Position numbers and translations under genes: made by a program
The notes under the pieces: model-generated
What the model was told of the DNA's origin: nothing
Database searches by the model: none
The model's input: the letters and a program-made list of their open reading frames with translations, nothing else
Part shown: positions 30,112-46,029 of the stretch, piece after piece
Layout of the letters: each line of letters starts with the position of its first letter
How positions within the stretch are numbered: the stretch's first letter is position 1
DNA from: Verrucomicrobiota bacterium
Lineage (GTDB): Bacteria; Verrucomicrobiota; Verrucomicrobiia; Opitutales; Coraliomargaritaceae
Length of the DNA stretch: 64,000 nucleotides
Direction of reading: 5' to 3'
Assembly (NCBI GenBank): GCA_039815375.1
Contig: JBCBZJ010000005.1
Coordinates: forward strand, 1-64,000

Positions 30112-30311
30112 GGAGATCGATTATGTGCTCAGTTCGGCGGGATATCCGCATATAACGATTGAATGCTATGGTTTTTGCTGATCGGCAAGCCTAAATCGAT
30201 AGGCTCTTTATGGTAGAACGGAGGCATGACCTAATGGTTCAAATGAGTTTGAATAAAGACTGGATCTAAAAAGAATGCAAGAGAATGCTTTTTATTCTGA
30301 TTCGGTGCAAA

Positions 30312-32867
<2,556 letters not shown>

Positions 32868-32950
32868 TATCTATTTCTTTGAAATGAGTGGCTCTGAATT
32901 TCTGAACTGGAGGTGACTGTTATAAGTGGTGCCAGGATGACGCTAAATTT

Positions 32951-33128
32951 AACAGGAGGAAGCAGAGAAAACAGAGGGTTTAGTGACGCTATCTCTAACA
33001 GGAGGAAGCAGTTAGAATTGAAGCATGGATTGATGCTATTTCTAACAGGAGGAAGCAGAGATAGCAGAGGAGTTCGTGATGAATACTGTGTGGTGATTTA
33101 TAAACAGGAGATAACAGAGAGAGCAGAG
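32951..33128. repeat. Four tandem copies of the AACAGGAG..CAGAG arm
   Basis: Arms start at 32951, 32997, 33044 and 33103. Confidence 0.9.
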
Positions 33129-33129
33129 G

Positions 33130-33552
33130 CTAGGCTGACGCTGTTGCGGAAGAATGTTTATTGTAGAGTCGGCTCACGCCTTCGGTGAGGCGGGCGACGT
33201 TGAAGTTGATTAGAAGTCCGACCGGGAATCGGAGGAGTCGGAGGTAGGAGAGGGTTTGCGCTTTATGCACGGGAGTGACTGCTTCGACGGACTTAAGCTC
33301 GGTGAGGACTTTATCATCGACGATTAGATCACAGCGCAGGCTCTCCTCAAAGACGAGGTCCTTGTATGCGATATTGACCTGTGTCTGTTGCTCGACCTGA
33401 TGCCCGCGAAGTTGCAGTTCATGAATCAAGCAACGCTCATAAATCGATTCCAAGAGACCAGGCCCGAGCGCACGGTGCACTTCGATCGCCGCAGCAATCA
33501 CTTTGTGTGTGAGCTCAGGATAAATGTCCTGGTTGTTGGATACGTCGTCCAT
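33130..33552 (-). CDS. GxxExxY protein (PD-(D/E)XK nuclease fold)
   Basis: LGPGLLESIYE, RCDLIVDDKVLTELKS, QTLSYL, GLLINF. Confidence 0.93.
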   Translation of the reverse strand: MDDVSNNQDIYPELTHKVIAAAIEVHRALGPGLLESIYERCLIHELQLRGHQVEQQTQVNIAYKDLVFEESLRCDLIVDDKVLTELKSVEAVTPVHKAQTLSYLRLLRFPVGLLINFNVARLTEGVSRLYNKHSSATASA

Positions 33553-33578
33553 CTCTGTTCTCTCTGCTATCTCCTGTT
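33553..33578. repeat. Inverted arm abutting the GxxExxY start codon
   Basis: Its reverse complement is 24/26 identical to 33103-33128. Confidence 0.92.
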
Positions 33579-33583
33579 AGAAT

Positions 33584-36136
<2,553 letters not shown>

Positions 36137-36302
36137 TTATCCTTTTTGGTGCGATCTGACTACTAAAAAGTGCCCAAAAGTGTCGTTTTTTTATTGTTTA
36201 GAGGCGCTTGTAGAAGCGACTTATGCAAAGAACTACGATTGCTGCTGGGGGTGTTCAGAGAATCAAGTTTACTTCTTGAGTAAAGAGCCTAACTTAAGCG
36301 CC

Positions 36303-36716
36303 GTGAAACTTTCGCATAAGCTCGAATATGCCTGCCGTGTTTTGGCTCAATTGGCCCGTTTTCAGGGCCAGTCGAAGCTGGCGCATATTGACACTCTGGC
36401 AGAGGCCGAGAAGATACCGGCGAATTATCTGGTCCAGATCCTTAACGAGTTGCGGACTGCGGGGCTGATTACGAGCAAGCGCGGCAAGCAGGGGGGCTAT
36501 GCGCTCGCTAGAGCGCCCGAAAAGATCGGTTTGGTCGAGATTGTGGAAGCGGTCGATCCGGAGCTTCTGGAGTGTAATTTCGATGCGGTGGGCCATTCCG
36601 GCGAACGCGTGGCCGAGCTCTGGAGTGAGATCGGCAAGAGCTTTGAGGCGAAAATCAAAGATTATACGCTGAGCGATTTCGTCGTCTCCGACCCGGGTGA
36701 GATGTATTATATCTGA
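36303..36716 (+). CDS. Rrf2-family transcriptional regulator
   Basis: YLVQILNELRTAGLITSKRGKQGGYALAR; lacks the three-Cys IscR motif. Confidence 0.9.
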   Translation: MKLSHKLEYACRVLAQLARFQGQSKLAHIDTLAEAEKIPANYLVQILNELRTAGLITSKRGKQGGYALARAPEKIGLVEIVEAVDPELLECNFDAVGHSGERVAELWSEIGKSFEAKIKDYTLSDFVVSDPGEMYYI

Positions 36717-36729
36717 GCTACGCTTAGAT

Positions 36730-36870
36730 GTTCTTAATCTTAATCATGCTCCTAATCGTTCCCTTTTAGTTCCGTACTCTGATTGCTCCTCGTCTATGCG
36801 GTCAGATGAGTTGCTTTGGATTAGACCGATCAGCATCGCGACGATTTCGAAGAGGCTTTCTCCGGCTGCA
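36730..36870 (-). pseudogene. Possible 3' remnant of a four-helix-bundle (IVS-type) gene followed by hexamer repeats
   Basis: IVAMLIGLIQSNSSDRIDEEQSEY resembles C-termini of this family (recalled, not searched); gattaggagcatgattaagattaag follows. Confidence 0.4.
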
Positions 36871-36994
36871 AAACCGATAGGGCCTTGAATGGCGTAGCAA
36901 AGCCTCTGGAGGCTGCGATACAGGAGTTGCCGATCAATATGGCTTGTCGCTCTATCGACGCCTATGCGGCATTCTCCGGCCTCATCCTCAAAGA

Positions 36995-37029
36995 AAAACG
37001 CCACGGAGTTCAGGACTCCGTGGCGTTTT
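36995..37029 (-). terminator. Intrinsic terminator, possibly bidirectional
   Basis: aaaacgccacggagt / actccgtggcgtttt. Confidence 0.8.
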
Positions 37030-37049
37030 CGTAAAAGTGTTTGAAACAG

Positions 37050-37856
37050 TTAGCTGTTTCTTGAGAGTCTTCGGCGGGATAGAGACAAAGACACGGCCAA
37101 GATACCACTGATCAGTCCAAAGCTGGATGGTTCGGGGACAGCGCCGTATACAAAAGCATTGGTTCCGTCACTCAACGCAGTCAAGGTTGTCCATTCGGTA
37201 TCGCCGGGGTCATTTGTTACGGTTTCTGTCGCTGCATAGTTCCAACTGCCACCTCCAAAAGTGAAGAGGTTGAGAGCACTCCCCACCTGACCGTTTGCCC
37301 ATCCATAAATGATACTATCCGAGCCGTTGTTTAAGGCGGCAATGCCTGCAGTCCAGTCTGTACCGGGGTCTCCTGTGATTGACTCGGTACCACCGGTGAA
37401 AGTCCAGGTTCCTGCACCGAAGGTGTAAACATCAAGAGCAGTGCCAATACTACCGCTTTCCCAGCTGTAGAGAACGGCAACTGTTCCATTGTCCAGGGTT
37501 GCAAAACCTGATGACCAATCTGTTCCGGAGTCGGCGGTAACTGTTTCGGCATTGTTAAATACCCAGTTGCTACTGCCGCCCAAAATGTAAACATCCAAGC
37601 TGCTTCCCACGGAACCGGAACTCCAGCCATAGCGGACGCTGTCTACGCCGTTATGCAATGAAGCGGCACCGCTATTCCATTCGGTGCCGGGATCACTTTG
37701 CGTTACATCCGTTGTTACGTAGTCCCATTCGGAAGGTGCGGATGCCGCAAATTGAAATACATTCAAATCGGGGTTTGTATTTATGGCACCGTGCAAGGTT
37801 GCTCCCAAAGCTGGTATCGCAAAAAGTAATGAGAGGGGTTTATATCGAACAATCAT
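37050..37856 (-). CDS. PEP-CTERM protein with four ~54-aa Trp-rich repeats
   Basis: VPEPSSFGLISGILAVSLSLSRRR; repeated T.DPGT(E/D)W...L.NG....Y.W..G..G..L unit. Confidence 0.9.
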   Translation of the reverse strand: MIVRYKPLSLLFAIPALGATLHGAINTNPDLNVFQFAASAPSEWDYVTTDVTQSDPGTEWNSGAASLHNGVDSVRYGWSSGSVGSSLDVYILGGSSNWVFNNAETVTADSGTDWSSGFATLDNGTVAVLYSWESGSIGTALDVYTFGAGTWTFTGGTESITGDPGTDWTAGIAALNNGSDSIIYGWANGQVGSALNLFTFGGGSWNYAATETVTNDPGDTEWTTLTALSDGTNAFVYGAVPEPSSFGLISGILAVSLSLSRRRLSRNS

Positions 37857-38098
37857 AGTGTCTATTATTTTTACGGTTAGTAAGTACCTATTAATTAAAT
37901 AGGTAATATAACCCTTTAACATATAGTAATGGCGACAAGAACTATTCTTAAATCTGATATTATTTACATTTGTTTTACATTAAAATGCCAGTGGTATGCT
38001 TCGTTAGCGAATGTCTGGATGCAAGGCTCCGGGTAGTCGGACGAATACCTCTTTAGCCTAAGCAATTATACGATTGCTCTTTCCCGCGGATCAAAGAC

Positions 38099-39916
38099 CT
38101 AGAATTCCCAGAACATTGGAACGACGAGCACGGTGACGGTGAAGCAAATCAGATTAAGTGGCAGGCCGACTTTGGTGAAGTCGAGGAATTTGTAGCCTCC
38201 GACGCCGTAGACATAGGTATTGGTCTGGTAGCCGATCGGTGTGGCGAAGCTCGCTGAAGCGGCGATACAGGAAGCGACGACAAGAGGGCGCGGGTCGACG
38301 CCCAGGGTGGCGGCTATTCCCAGGGCAATAGGTACCATCAAAGCGACTGCGGCGTTGTTCGAAAGGAACTCGGTAAAAGTCGAGGTAATGGCATAGACCA
38401 CGGCAAGCATGACGACGGCCTGAAGGTGTTCAGGGGCGATGCTCCGAATCAGTCCGACCATGCTGTCGGCGATCAATTGGCTGGCTCCCGTGCTATCCAT
38501 GGCCTGACCGAGGGCGAGCATGCCAAAAATAATGATGAGGATGGACCACTCGACGGAGGCATAGGCATCTTTTGGCTTGATGCAGCCTGTTAACATCAGT
38601 GCCGCCACGCCGAGGGCTACTGCGGCCACGATGGGAACGACATTCATGGTTGCGAGCGTAACGATGGCGGCGGCCGTCCCAATTGCAACAGGCATGCGGG
38701 TGCGGACGCTGCGGGCCGGCACCCGTGGCCGGTCGAGAATGATGATCTCGTCACTGTTGGCTAGGGAATCAATGGCTTTAGTCGAGCCCATCATGAGGAG
38801 CGTGTCACCCTCCTGGAGGCGTAGGCTGGCGAGGCGTTCCCGTTGGTTGGTCCCTTTGCGGTGAAGTGCGACGACAACCATCCGGAACCGTTGGCGGAAG
38901 TTAATTTCACCGAGGGTTTTCCCAACGATAGAAGCATGTGGAGCGACTACACCTTCAACAATGGCACCTTCATCTGTTGCGATGGTCTGGAGGCCTTCGG
39001 AAAGCTCTTCGGGCAGACTGATTCCTTTGTTTGAGTGAGCTTCGGCAACGCCCGAAGGTCGGCAGGAGAGGACGAGTCGGTCGCCGTATTGGAGCTTCTG
39101 CTCCTTTGGATTGCCGGGAACCGCAACGCCGTGACGCACAATTTCAAGAAGCCGCACGCCGCGACCTCGAAGGAGTTTACTCTCGGATGCGATTTGCCCG
39201 TGAAGCTCGGACCCGGGTTCGACGAAGGCTTCGGTGATAAACTCTTTGCGCTCTTCATCGCTCAGGATCGAAGTCAACGTTTCCCGGTGCGGCAGAAGCT
39301 TGTTGCCGAAAATAACGAGGTAAATCGAACCACAGGCAAGAATAGGCAGGCCGACGGCCGCCAGCTCGAACATTCCGATCGGAGCATGCCCTGAATCACG
39401 AAGTATTCCGCTGGCCAGAAGATTGGTGCTGGTGCCAAGAAGTGTGCAGGTGCCGCCAAAAATGGATGCATAGGAAAGCGGTATGAGCAGTTTTGAGGAG
39501 GCAACTCCCATCTCTCTGGCCAAAGAGAGCATGACCGGCATCAACACGATGACGACGGGTGTGTTATTTACAAAAGCAGATACGCCAGCCACTCCGATGA
39601 CCATGATGAAAAGAAAGCCACGGTATGGCAGGCGAACCAGCTTACGGAGCGCAGCAGTAATCAGGTCGATCGCGCCGGTCCGTTCGAGTGCCGCGCTGAC
39701 AATGAACATACCGGCAATGGTGATCGGTGCTGAATTCCCAAATACTCCGAGTGTTGCATCGAGGGAGGGCAACTCGGTGCTTCCGGTCAGCATACTGACA
39801 AAAATGAGCACACCAAACACCGTCAACGAGGTGAGGTCCGCTGAAATCTTTTCCAGAATAAAGCTGATGATGGCAAAGCCCAGAAGTCCGAAGACAAAAA
39901 CGATTTCCCAGGTCAT
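38099..39916 (-). CDS. SLC13-family permease with TrkA-C domains
   Basis: [35 protein letters not shown]. Confidence 0.92.
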   Translation of the reverse strand: MTWEIVFVFGLLGFAIISFILEKISADLTSLTVFGVLIFVSMLTGSTELPSLDATLGVFGNSAPITIAGMFIVSAALERTGAIDLITAALRKLVRLPYRGFLFIMVIGVAGVSAFVNNTPVVIVLMPVMLSLAREMGVASSKLLIPLSYASIFGGTCTLLGTSTNLLASGILRDSGHAPIGMFELAAVGLPILACGSIYLVIFGNKLLPHRETLTSILSDEERKEFITEAFVEPGSELHGQIASESKLLRGRGVRLLEIVRHGVAVPGNPKEQKLQYGDRLVLSCRPSGVAEAHSNKGISLPEELSEGLQTIATDEGAIVEGVVAPHASIVGKTLGEINFRQRFRMVVVALHRKGTNQRERLASLRLQEGDTLLMMGSTKAIDSLANSDEIIILDRPRVPARSVRTRMPVAIGTAAAIVTLATMNVVPIVAAVALGVAALMLTGCIKPKDAYASVEWSILIIIFGMLALGQAMDSTGASQLIADSMVGLIRSIAPEHLQAVVMLAVVYAITSTFTEFLSNNAAVALMVPIALGIAATLGVDPRPLVVASCIAASASFATPIGYQTNTYVYGVGGYKFLDFTKVGLPLNLICFTVTVLVVPMFWEF

Positions 39917-40729
39917 TTAGAGTGTGGTTGCTTGGATATGTGCAGAATTGGCGGGGTCTTCCTTTTCCTCATGTCTTGCCCAAAAATAGAAGCAAGAGCC
40001 GATTATTGTAAGCGAAAATCCCATATTCACGACTTTCATGATGATGCCGCCGAGGATTTGGTCGTTCAGCGGGTCTAGATCAATGATACGTGGTGCCCAA
40101 ACATAAGTTGGGTAGATTGCCTCGCCGGCAAAGGAAAGAAAGGCGAACACGGGGATTTGGCCGACCATGAGAAGGAAGATAGTAACAATACGAACCGGGT
40201 AGCTCCGTTTCGGAACCAGCTTTGACGGAGTGAGAAAAGGCCAAAGCATAAGCATACCGAGTCCGAACATCGTCCAGTGCTCCAGCACGTGAATGAGCTT
40301 GTCCTGAAGTGCGGCTTCGTAGAGTGCAGGGATGTGCCAGACGGTGTAGACGAAGGTAAAGAGGAGTCCGCCGCAGGCAGGGTGGGTGAGAGTGCGTACG
40401 ACTCGCCGGATTAGGCCCGGTTGCAGCAATCGGTCGATCATCCAGTGAGGCGTGCCAGCATAGAAAAGAATGGGAGCGAAATAGATGAGCAACATGTGTT
40501 GTGCCATATGGGCCGAGAAAAGGAACTGTTCACCAATTTGATCGAGTGGTGAACCGACTGCGAGATAGGTTAGCACGAGCCCGGAATAGAAGGTGATTGC
40601 CCGACCCATCGGGAAACCAATTGATCCTGCAAGGCGCTCACGGAAGGGGCCGACGCCGAGTGCGTAGAGCCAGCCCACGCCGAGGAGTGTGATGAGGAGG
40701 AGTGGTTCCGTATGCCAATGAAGTTGCAC
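39917..40729 (-). CDS. ctaG: caa3-type cytochrome c oxidase assembly factor
   Basis: [29 protein letters not shown]. Confidence 0.88.
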   Translation of the reverse strand: MQLHWHTEPLLLITLLGVGWLYALGVGPFRERLAGSIGFPMGRAITFYSGLVLTYLAVGSPLDQIGEQFLFSAHMAQHMLLIYFAPILFYAGTPHWMIDRLLQPGLIRRVVRTLTHPACGGLLFTFVYTVWHIPALYEAALQDKLIHVLEHWTMFGLGMLMLWPFLTPSKLVPKRSYPVRIVTIFLLMVGQIPVFAFLSFAGEAIYPTYVWAPRIIDLDPLNDQILGGIIMKVVNMGFSLTIIGSCFYFWARHEEKEDPANSAHIQATTL

Positions 40730-40796
40730 GAAAAGAAATAAAAAAGACGACAGAATCTATCCTGTCGTCCCTTGAAAGCTAGAAATTAAATTCAGT

Positions 40797-41153
40797 CTAA
40801 AAGCCGGTAATTGCGTCGAAATCGACTTTGCTTCTGGAAAAGAGAAAGAGTAGCGCCGTGTAGGTGCCCGTCGCGATGGCCATGCCGGTCATAAATGCGA
40901 GGGTGAGGATGAGTTTATCGTAGATCAGGTGCATGAACCATGCAATGACCGCGCCGAATTTGAAAAGAGAGAGCGCAAGCAAAGTGCTGAAGACGAAAGC
41001 CTCGTGAAAGGGCAGGTAGACCAGAACAAGCTCTACACCCGTGATGGCCGCGAGTGCGAGCGCCAGATTGACGAAGGTATGATACTTCTCGTTCTCGGCG
41101 TTCTTACTTGAGTCCGGTGAGATGGGGATAGGTTCGTAAGCTACGTCTGTCAT
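40797..41153 (-). CDS. ctaF: Cytochrome c oxidase subunit IV
   Basis: Three TMs, [12 protein letters not shown]. Confidence 0.82.
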   Translation of the reverse strand: MTDVAYEPIPISPDSSKNAENEKYHTFVNLALALAAITGVELVLVYLPFHEAFVFSTLLALSLFKFGAVIAWFMHLIYDKLILTLAFMTGMAIATGTYTALLFLFSRSKVDFDAITGF

Positions 41154-41409
41154 TGTCAGTAGGCTGTGCTTGGTTATATTCAAGTCCGAGAAAAATACTA
41201 CCAAGCCGGAGGTCAATTTAATTGCGAAGCAGTCGATGTTTAACACTCAAAATCAATATAAGAGCTTCGACTGATTTATCTTCGCGATTGGAACAAGAGA
41301 TCATGATCTGCGAAAAGTGAGGTCGGGATTGCTAATTTGGTGAAGTTTTGAAACGATCACGTTCGATAATTGATCCGTTTTAAATTTCATATCTCAACAT
41401 TAGTTCGGT

Positions 41410-43395
41410 TTGAGTATAATTGAATCATTTCGAGCACCGCTTGTGCTCGCAGCAGTAGCAGGCCTCTCGTCCGGGCTCGAAGCTCAGCGCTTGATTGATA
41501 GCGATGGATCAGACATGACTTTTCGCGAGACGCGGTATGTGGAGAAGGTCGCTGCCGAACGTGTCGCTTCGAAAGAAAAACGATTGCCGATCGTCACGCC
41601 TCGGATTGTAGGTGGAGACGACGCAGAAGCGGATGCGTATCCGTGGATGGTTGGTTTGCTGACTCGTGGCGAGACCGATAGGTTTCAGGCACAGTTTTGC
41701 GGGGCCGCTTTGATCCATCCGTATTGGGTACTCACTGCGGCACACTGCCTGGAGGGGGATCGCCCAGAGAATATCGATACCCTCATCGGTGCGACTGATC
41801 TGGGGGTAAATAATCAGGGCGAGCGGATCCCTGTTGTTGAGATCATTATGCACCCTGAATTCGACAATATCACTTTCGAGAATGATGTGGCGCTTCTGCG
41901 ACTTGCGACACCTTCATCTGCGCCGATCTTAAGGCTGATTAGTGACGTTGCCCTCGAGCAGCCTGACACCGCGGCCACTGTTCTTGGTTGGGGCGCATTG
42001 GACGAGGACAACACAAGCTTTCCGGCAGATTTGCAGGAGGTAATGGTTCCTCTGGTTTCTCTTGGCGATGCGAATGCTGCCAATCGTTACGACGGTGAAT
42101 TGACGTCGAACATGATTGCGGCAGGCAACATCAGCATTGGCGGGGTCGATAGCTGTCAGGGAGATAGCGGCGGTCCGCTGGTGCTGGAGGATATAGATGG
42201 GGAGTGGGCGCTTGCTGGAGTCGTGAGCTTTGGTGAAGGCTGTGCCCGGGCCGATTTTCCCGGAATTTATACGAGAATCAGCCAGTTCCGTGGCTGGGCT
42301 TTACAGTTTGTGATGCCGGAATATTACGGATGGGAGCTTTCGAATAACGTATTCGGCGAAGCGCGTGATTTCGAGGGTGATCGGCTTGTTAACTTTACCG
42401 AGTTTTCGATGGGGCAGGACCCCCAACAGGGAGGTGGAGCTGGGGTCGAAGTGAGCCATGTGCAAGGGGCTGCTTTTTTCAGTTTCACACGCCCGGATGC
42501 AGCACGCTCGGAGTCGAGCTACAGGCTGCTCTATAAGTCCGATCTGAATGTTACGACTTGGACGGAATTGGATTTTGAGGAGACTTTGTCCGCAACTGAG
42601 GACTTAACCACTGAGGAGCGCCTGACTTTTGAATTTCCGGCTGGAGATCAAGGCTTCGTTCGGGTCGATCCGGAGTGGGCGGAATATCTGAGTCATGCGA
42701 CGCGTCCTCTTCCGCCCTTTCAGACTGCTTACTCTGCTTTGACCGACAATCTACGCTTTGATTCGGTGAATCGACCGTATCAGGATTTTTTGCTCGAGGA
42801 GGTCGATGGCAGCTCCCGCTATGTTTATGGCGAATCGGATGAATTCGATATACGCTTGGAGCTCTACGATTCGTCGAATGGCCAACTTCTTGCCAGTGCG
42901 GTTGGCGACAATTATAACTCTACCGACGAATTGTTGGAATTCACTTCTGCGACTCCAGTCGTGTTGCGTGTTCTACCGGATTTTGCTTCCGGTCGAGGAA
43001 GCTATTCGGTGTTTTTCTCAGATCGGGAAAGGGCTCCAAATGAGAGCATCGGGCAGAGCCAGACAGTGACCGGTCAGCTGACGAGTGAAAGCGAGTTGGA
43101 TCCACTGTTTTTGCCGAACGACTCGTATTACAAGCAGGACTATATCCTCGAAGTGCCCGCTGGCTTTTCTACACCCATCGTTGTGACACTGACTTCAAAT
43201 GATTTCGATACCTACCTCGAGTTGATCGACATTGAAACAGGCAATCTGCTCGACGAAAATGATGATATCAGTTCCCTTAATCTGAACTCACGCTTAACCG
43301 TACAACCCTTTGATTTCGGTTTTGTGCTGATCCGGGTGACGACTGCCTTTGAATTTGAAACCGGTAGCTTTTCTCTGGAGACACGTCCGGAGTAG
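41410..43395 (+). CDS. Secreted trypsin-like (S1) protease with C-terminal PPC-like domains
   Basis: RIVGG, LTAAHC, NDVALL, GDSGGP; FDTYLEL..ENDD repeats. Confidence 0.93.
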   Translation: MSIIESFRAPLVLAAVAGLSSGLEAQRLIDSDGSDMTFRETRYVEKVAAERVASKEKRLPIVTPRIVGGDDAEADAYPWMVGLLTRGETDRFQAQFCGAALIHPYWVLTAAHCLEGDRPENIDTLIGATDLGVNNQGERIPVVEIIMHPEFDNITFENDVALLRLATPSSAPILRLISDVALEQPDTAATVLGWGALDEDNTSFPADLQEVMVPLVSLGDANAANRYDGELTSNMIAAGNISIGGVDSCQGDSGGPLVLEDIDGEWALAGVVSFGEGCARADFPGIYTRISQFRGWALQFVMPEYYGWELSNNVFGEARDFEGDRLVNFTEFSMGQDPQQGGGAGVEVSHVQGAAFFSFTRPDAARSESSYRLLYKSDLNVTTWTELDFEETLSATEDLTTEERLTFEFPAGDQGFVRVDPEWAEYLSHATRPLPPFQTAYSALTDNLRFDSVNRPYQDFLLEEVDGSSRYVYGESDEFDIRLELYDSSNGQLLASAVGDNYNSTDELLEFTSATPVVLRVLPDFASGRGSYSVFFSDRERAPNESIGQSQTVTGQLTSESELDPLFLPNDSYYKQDYILEVPAGFSTPIVVTLTSNDFDTYLELIDIETGNLLDENDDISSLNLNSRLTVQPFDFGFVLIRVTTAFEFETGSFSLETRPE

Positions 43396-43405
43396 AGCTT
43401 CGAAA

Positions 43406-44008
43406 CTAGATAAATTCGATGAGATAGACGGCCGTGAAAATCACAATCCAAACGATGTCGACGAAGTGCCAGTAGAGTCCGGCTACCTCGACATCAACAG
43501 CACTGTGATGCGCATCCATCTTGCCCGAGTAGGAATAGAAATACATGCACAGCAGCCAGAAAATTCCTATGGCTACGTGGACCCCGTGAGTGCCTGTCAT
43601 TAAATAAAAAGTCGAACCGAAGGTATTGGTCGAGAGCGTGAGACCTTCATGAACGAAATGAGCGAATTCATAGACCTGACAGCCGAGGAAGATGAGGCCG
43701 AAAAAGATAACGCCAATGACATTACGGCGGAAGCTCTTTAGCTCGCCCTTATGCATCGCCGAAACGGCGAGTGCCATGAGGAAGGAGCTCATCAGGAGGA
43801 TGAAGGTCGAGAAAGAGGTCAGCTCAAGGCTAAAGATATCTGTCGGCTCGTAGGCTTCCGGATAGAGCTTCCGGTAGATCAGGTGGGTCGAGATCAAGGT
43901 GCCGAAAAACATGCAATCGGAACCAAGAAAGAACCACATAAAGAGCTTTTTGTTGTCGATGAGAAGACTCTCATGAGCGTCATCGTGATGTGCTGCAGCT
44001 TCAGACAT
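43406..44008 (-). CDS. ctaE: Cytochrome c oxidase subunit III
   Basis: TGTHGVHV, GLYWHFVDIVW. Confidence 0.93.
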   Translation of the reverse strand: MSEAAAHHDDAHESLLIDNKKLFMWFFLGSDCMFFGTLISTHLIYRKLYPEAYEPTDIFSLELTSFSTFILLMSSFLMALAVSAMHKGELKSFRRNVIGVIFFGLIFLGCQVYEFAHFVHEGLTLSTNTFGSTFYLMTGTHGVHVAIGIFWLLCMYFYSYSGKMDAHHSAVDVEVAGLYWHFVDIVWIVIFTAVYLIEFI

Positions 44009-44037
44009 GTTCAAAAAATGATAAGATTGACCGAGGT

Positions 44038-46020
44038 TTACGCGCCTTCTTCCGGGTGCAGGTGGTAACCGCCGGGCCCTTCGACTGCCCATAGAGCAGT
44101 AAACAGGCAAGTCATGACAAGGCCGAAAATGGCAACCCAACCCATACCTGGGATACCAGCCTGCATGAGTGAGATTCCGAGACCAAGGGGGACAAAACCG
44201 ATGGATGCAAAGAGCGGGAACCAGGATTGACTTGGCATATGAATGCCTTGGCCGTGGTCGTCTTCGTAGGTGATCTTACGATTTTCGGGGCCATGCTTAT
44301 CCTCCCAAAGTGCGTCGCGTGCTGGAATGACAGGTGTCTTGCCAAAGTTGTAGACCTGCGGTGGTGAAGTCGTCGTCCATTCCAGGGTCCGAGCATCCCA
44401 TGGGTCATTGCCTGCCGGTTCACCGCCCTTGAGTAAGCGGATAATATCAACAACAAGAAGGAAAATACCGAAGGCGAGAATGTAAGCACCGATGGTGCAG
44501 ACCAGATTATAGGTTTCCCAGCCGAAGCCTTCCAGATAGGTGTGTGTGCGACGTGGCATGCCCAGCAATCCGAGGAAGTGCATAGGGAAGAAAGTGATAT
44601 TCAGGCCGACGGTTGAGAAGGCCGCTACCAATATGCTGAGTTTACCCTTCCACATTTTACCGACCATTTTCGGTAGCCAAAAATAGATGCCGGCGACGAC
44701 AGCGAGGAAGATGCCGCCGATTGCCACATAGTGGAAGTGGGCGATGACGAAGTAGCTGTCCTGCTGCTGGGCATCGGCTGGAGCTGCAGAGTGCATGATG
44801 CCGGAGAACCCCCCCATCATGAACATCCAGACGAAACCAAGGGAGAAAATCATTGGCGGTGCAAAGCGCACCCGACCGCCCCAAATCGTGCCAACCCAGT
44901 TGAAAATCTTGACACCCGTTGGCACCGCAATCGCCATCGTCAGCAAGGAGAAGGCCGCAGTGGCGACCTTTCCGAGTCCAGTCGTGAACATGTGGTGAGA
45001 CCAGACTGCGAAACCAAGGAAGCCAATTACAGCACCGGAGAAAACTACGATAGAATAACCGAACAGCGGTTTTTTGGAAAAGGTTGGAAGCACCTCAGAG
45101 ACGATTCCCATCGCAGGAAGGACCAGAATGTACACCTCGGGGTGTCCGAAGATCCAGAAGAGGTGCTGCCAGAGGATAGGCTGGCCGCCGCCTGCAGTGA
45201 CGAAGAAGTTTGTGCCGAATAGACGGTCGAACATCAACTGGCCAAGTGCGACGGTGATCGCGGGAAAGGCGAAGATGATGAGCAGGGAAACGATCAACGT
45301 CATCCAGGTGAAGACGGGCATACGCATCATCTTCATGCCGGGAGCACGCATATTGATGATGGTGACCGCGAAATTCATTGAAGCAGTCAGCGATGCGATA
45401 CCGAGAATCTGTAGCCCCATGATCCAAAAGTCCGTGCCTGCACCGGTAAATTCGAGCCCGGTTATCGGAGCATAACCAAACCAGCCCATGGCAGGAACGA
45501 AGTCATTGTTGCCCGCAGTCGGGCCGGAAGCAGCAAAAAGCCCCATCATTTCGAGGGCTTCTAGCACCCATCCAAAGTTGATCACCAGCGCGCCCGCAAT
45601 AAAGGCCCACAGACTGAAGCTGTTGACTCGTGGGAAAGCAACATCTCGTGCGCCGATCTGTAGCGGCACGAGGAAATTGAAGAAGGCTGCGTTGAGCGGC
45701 ATAACGGCGAGGAAAATCATCGTCGTGCCGTGCATCGTGAAAAGCTGGTTATAACGCTCGGCGGAGATGAGATCATTCTCCGGAATCGCAAGCTGTGTGC
45801 GGATAATCAGTGCCTCGAGACCACCGACGAGGAGAAAGAAGAGTGCGACTGCCCCATACATCAGACCGATCTTCTTGTGGTCGACAGTCGTCAGCCAGTC
45901 GATGATGATGCTTTTGCTGTGGTCGGGACGCATGAGCCCGAGGTTGCTGCGCTCGGGTTTGAGCTCGTGCGGGTGGTGGATGCTTTCGTCCGTTTGGATC
46001 TCAGTTACCGTGCTGCTCAT
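44038..46020 (-). CDS. ctaD: Cytochrome c oxidase subunit I (A-type)
   Basis: TMHGT, WIFGHPEVY, WSHHMF, AHFHY. Confidence 0.97.
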   Translation of the reverse strand: MSSTVTEIQTDESIHHPHELKPERSNLGLMRPDHSKSIIIDWLTTVDHKKIGLMYGAVALFFLLVGGLEALIIRTQLAIPENDLISAERYNQLFTMHGTTMIFLAVMPLNAAFFNFLVPLQIGARDVAFPRVNSFSLWAFIAGALVINFGWVLEALEMMGLFAASGPTAGNNDFVPAMGWFGYAPITGLEFTGAGTDFWIMGLQILGIASLTASMNFAVTIINMRAPGMKMMRMPVFTWMTLIVSLLIIFAFPAITVALGQLMFDRLFGTNFFVTAGGGQPILWQHLFWIFGHPEVYILVLPAMGIVSEVLPTFSKKPLFGYSIVVFSGAVIGFLGFAVWSHHMFTTGLGKVATAAFSLLTMAIAVPTGVKIFNWVGTIWGGRVRFAPPMIFSLGFVWMFMMGGFSGIMHSAAPADAQQQDSYFVIAHFHYVAIGGIFLAVVAGIYFWLPKMVGKMWKGKLSILVAAFSTVGLNITFFPMHFLGLLGMPRRTHTYLEGFGWETYNLVCTIGAYILAFGIFLLVVDIIRLLKGGEPAGNDPWDARTLEWTTTSPPQVYNFGKTPVIPARDALWEDKHGPENRKITYEDDHGQGIHMPSQSWFPLFASIGFVPLGLGISLMQAGIPGMGWVAIFGLVMTCLFTALWAVEGPGGYHLHPEEGA

Positions 46021-46029
46021 GGTTATAAA

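Noticed and set aside
32951..33128. Four spaced repeats next to a nuclease gene, read as a CRISPR-like array
   Set aside because: Repeats are degenerate, the intervening sequences share a TGA(C/T)GCTA motif (tandem duplication, not unique spacers), and there are no cas genes.
36744..37004. 86-aa ORF as an intact gene
   Set aside because: Its start lies inside a terminator hairpin; only the last ~40 codons look like a gene remnant.
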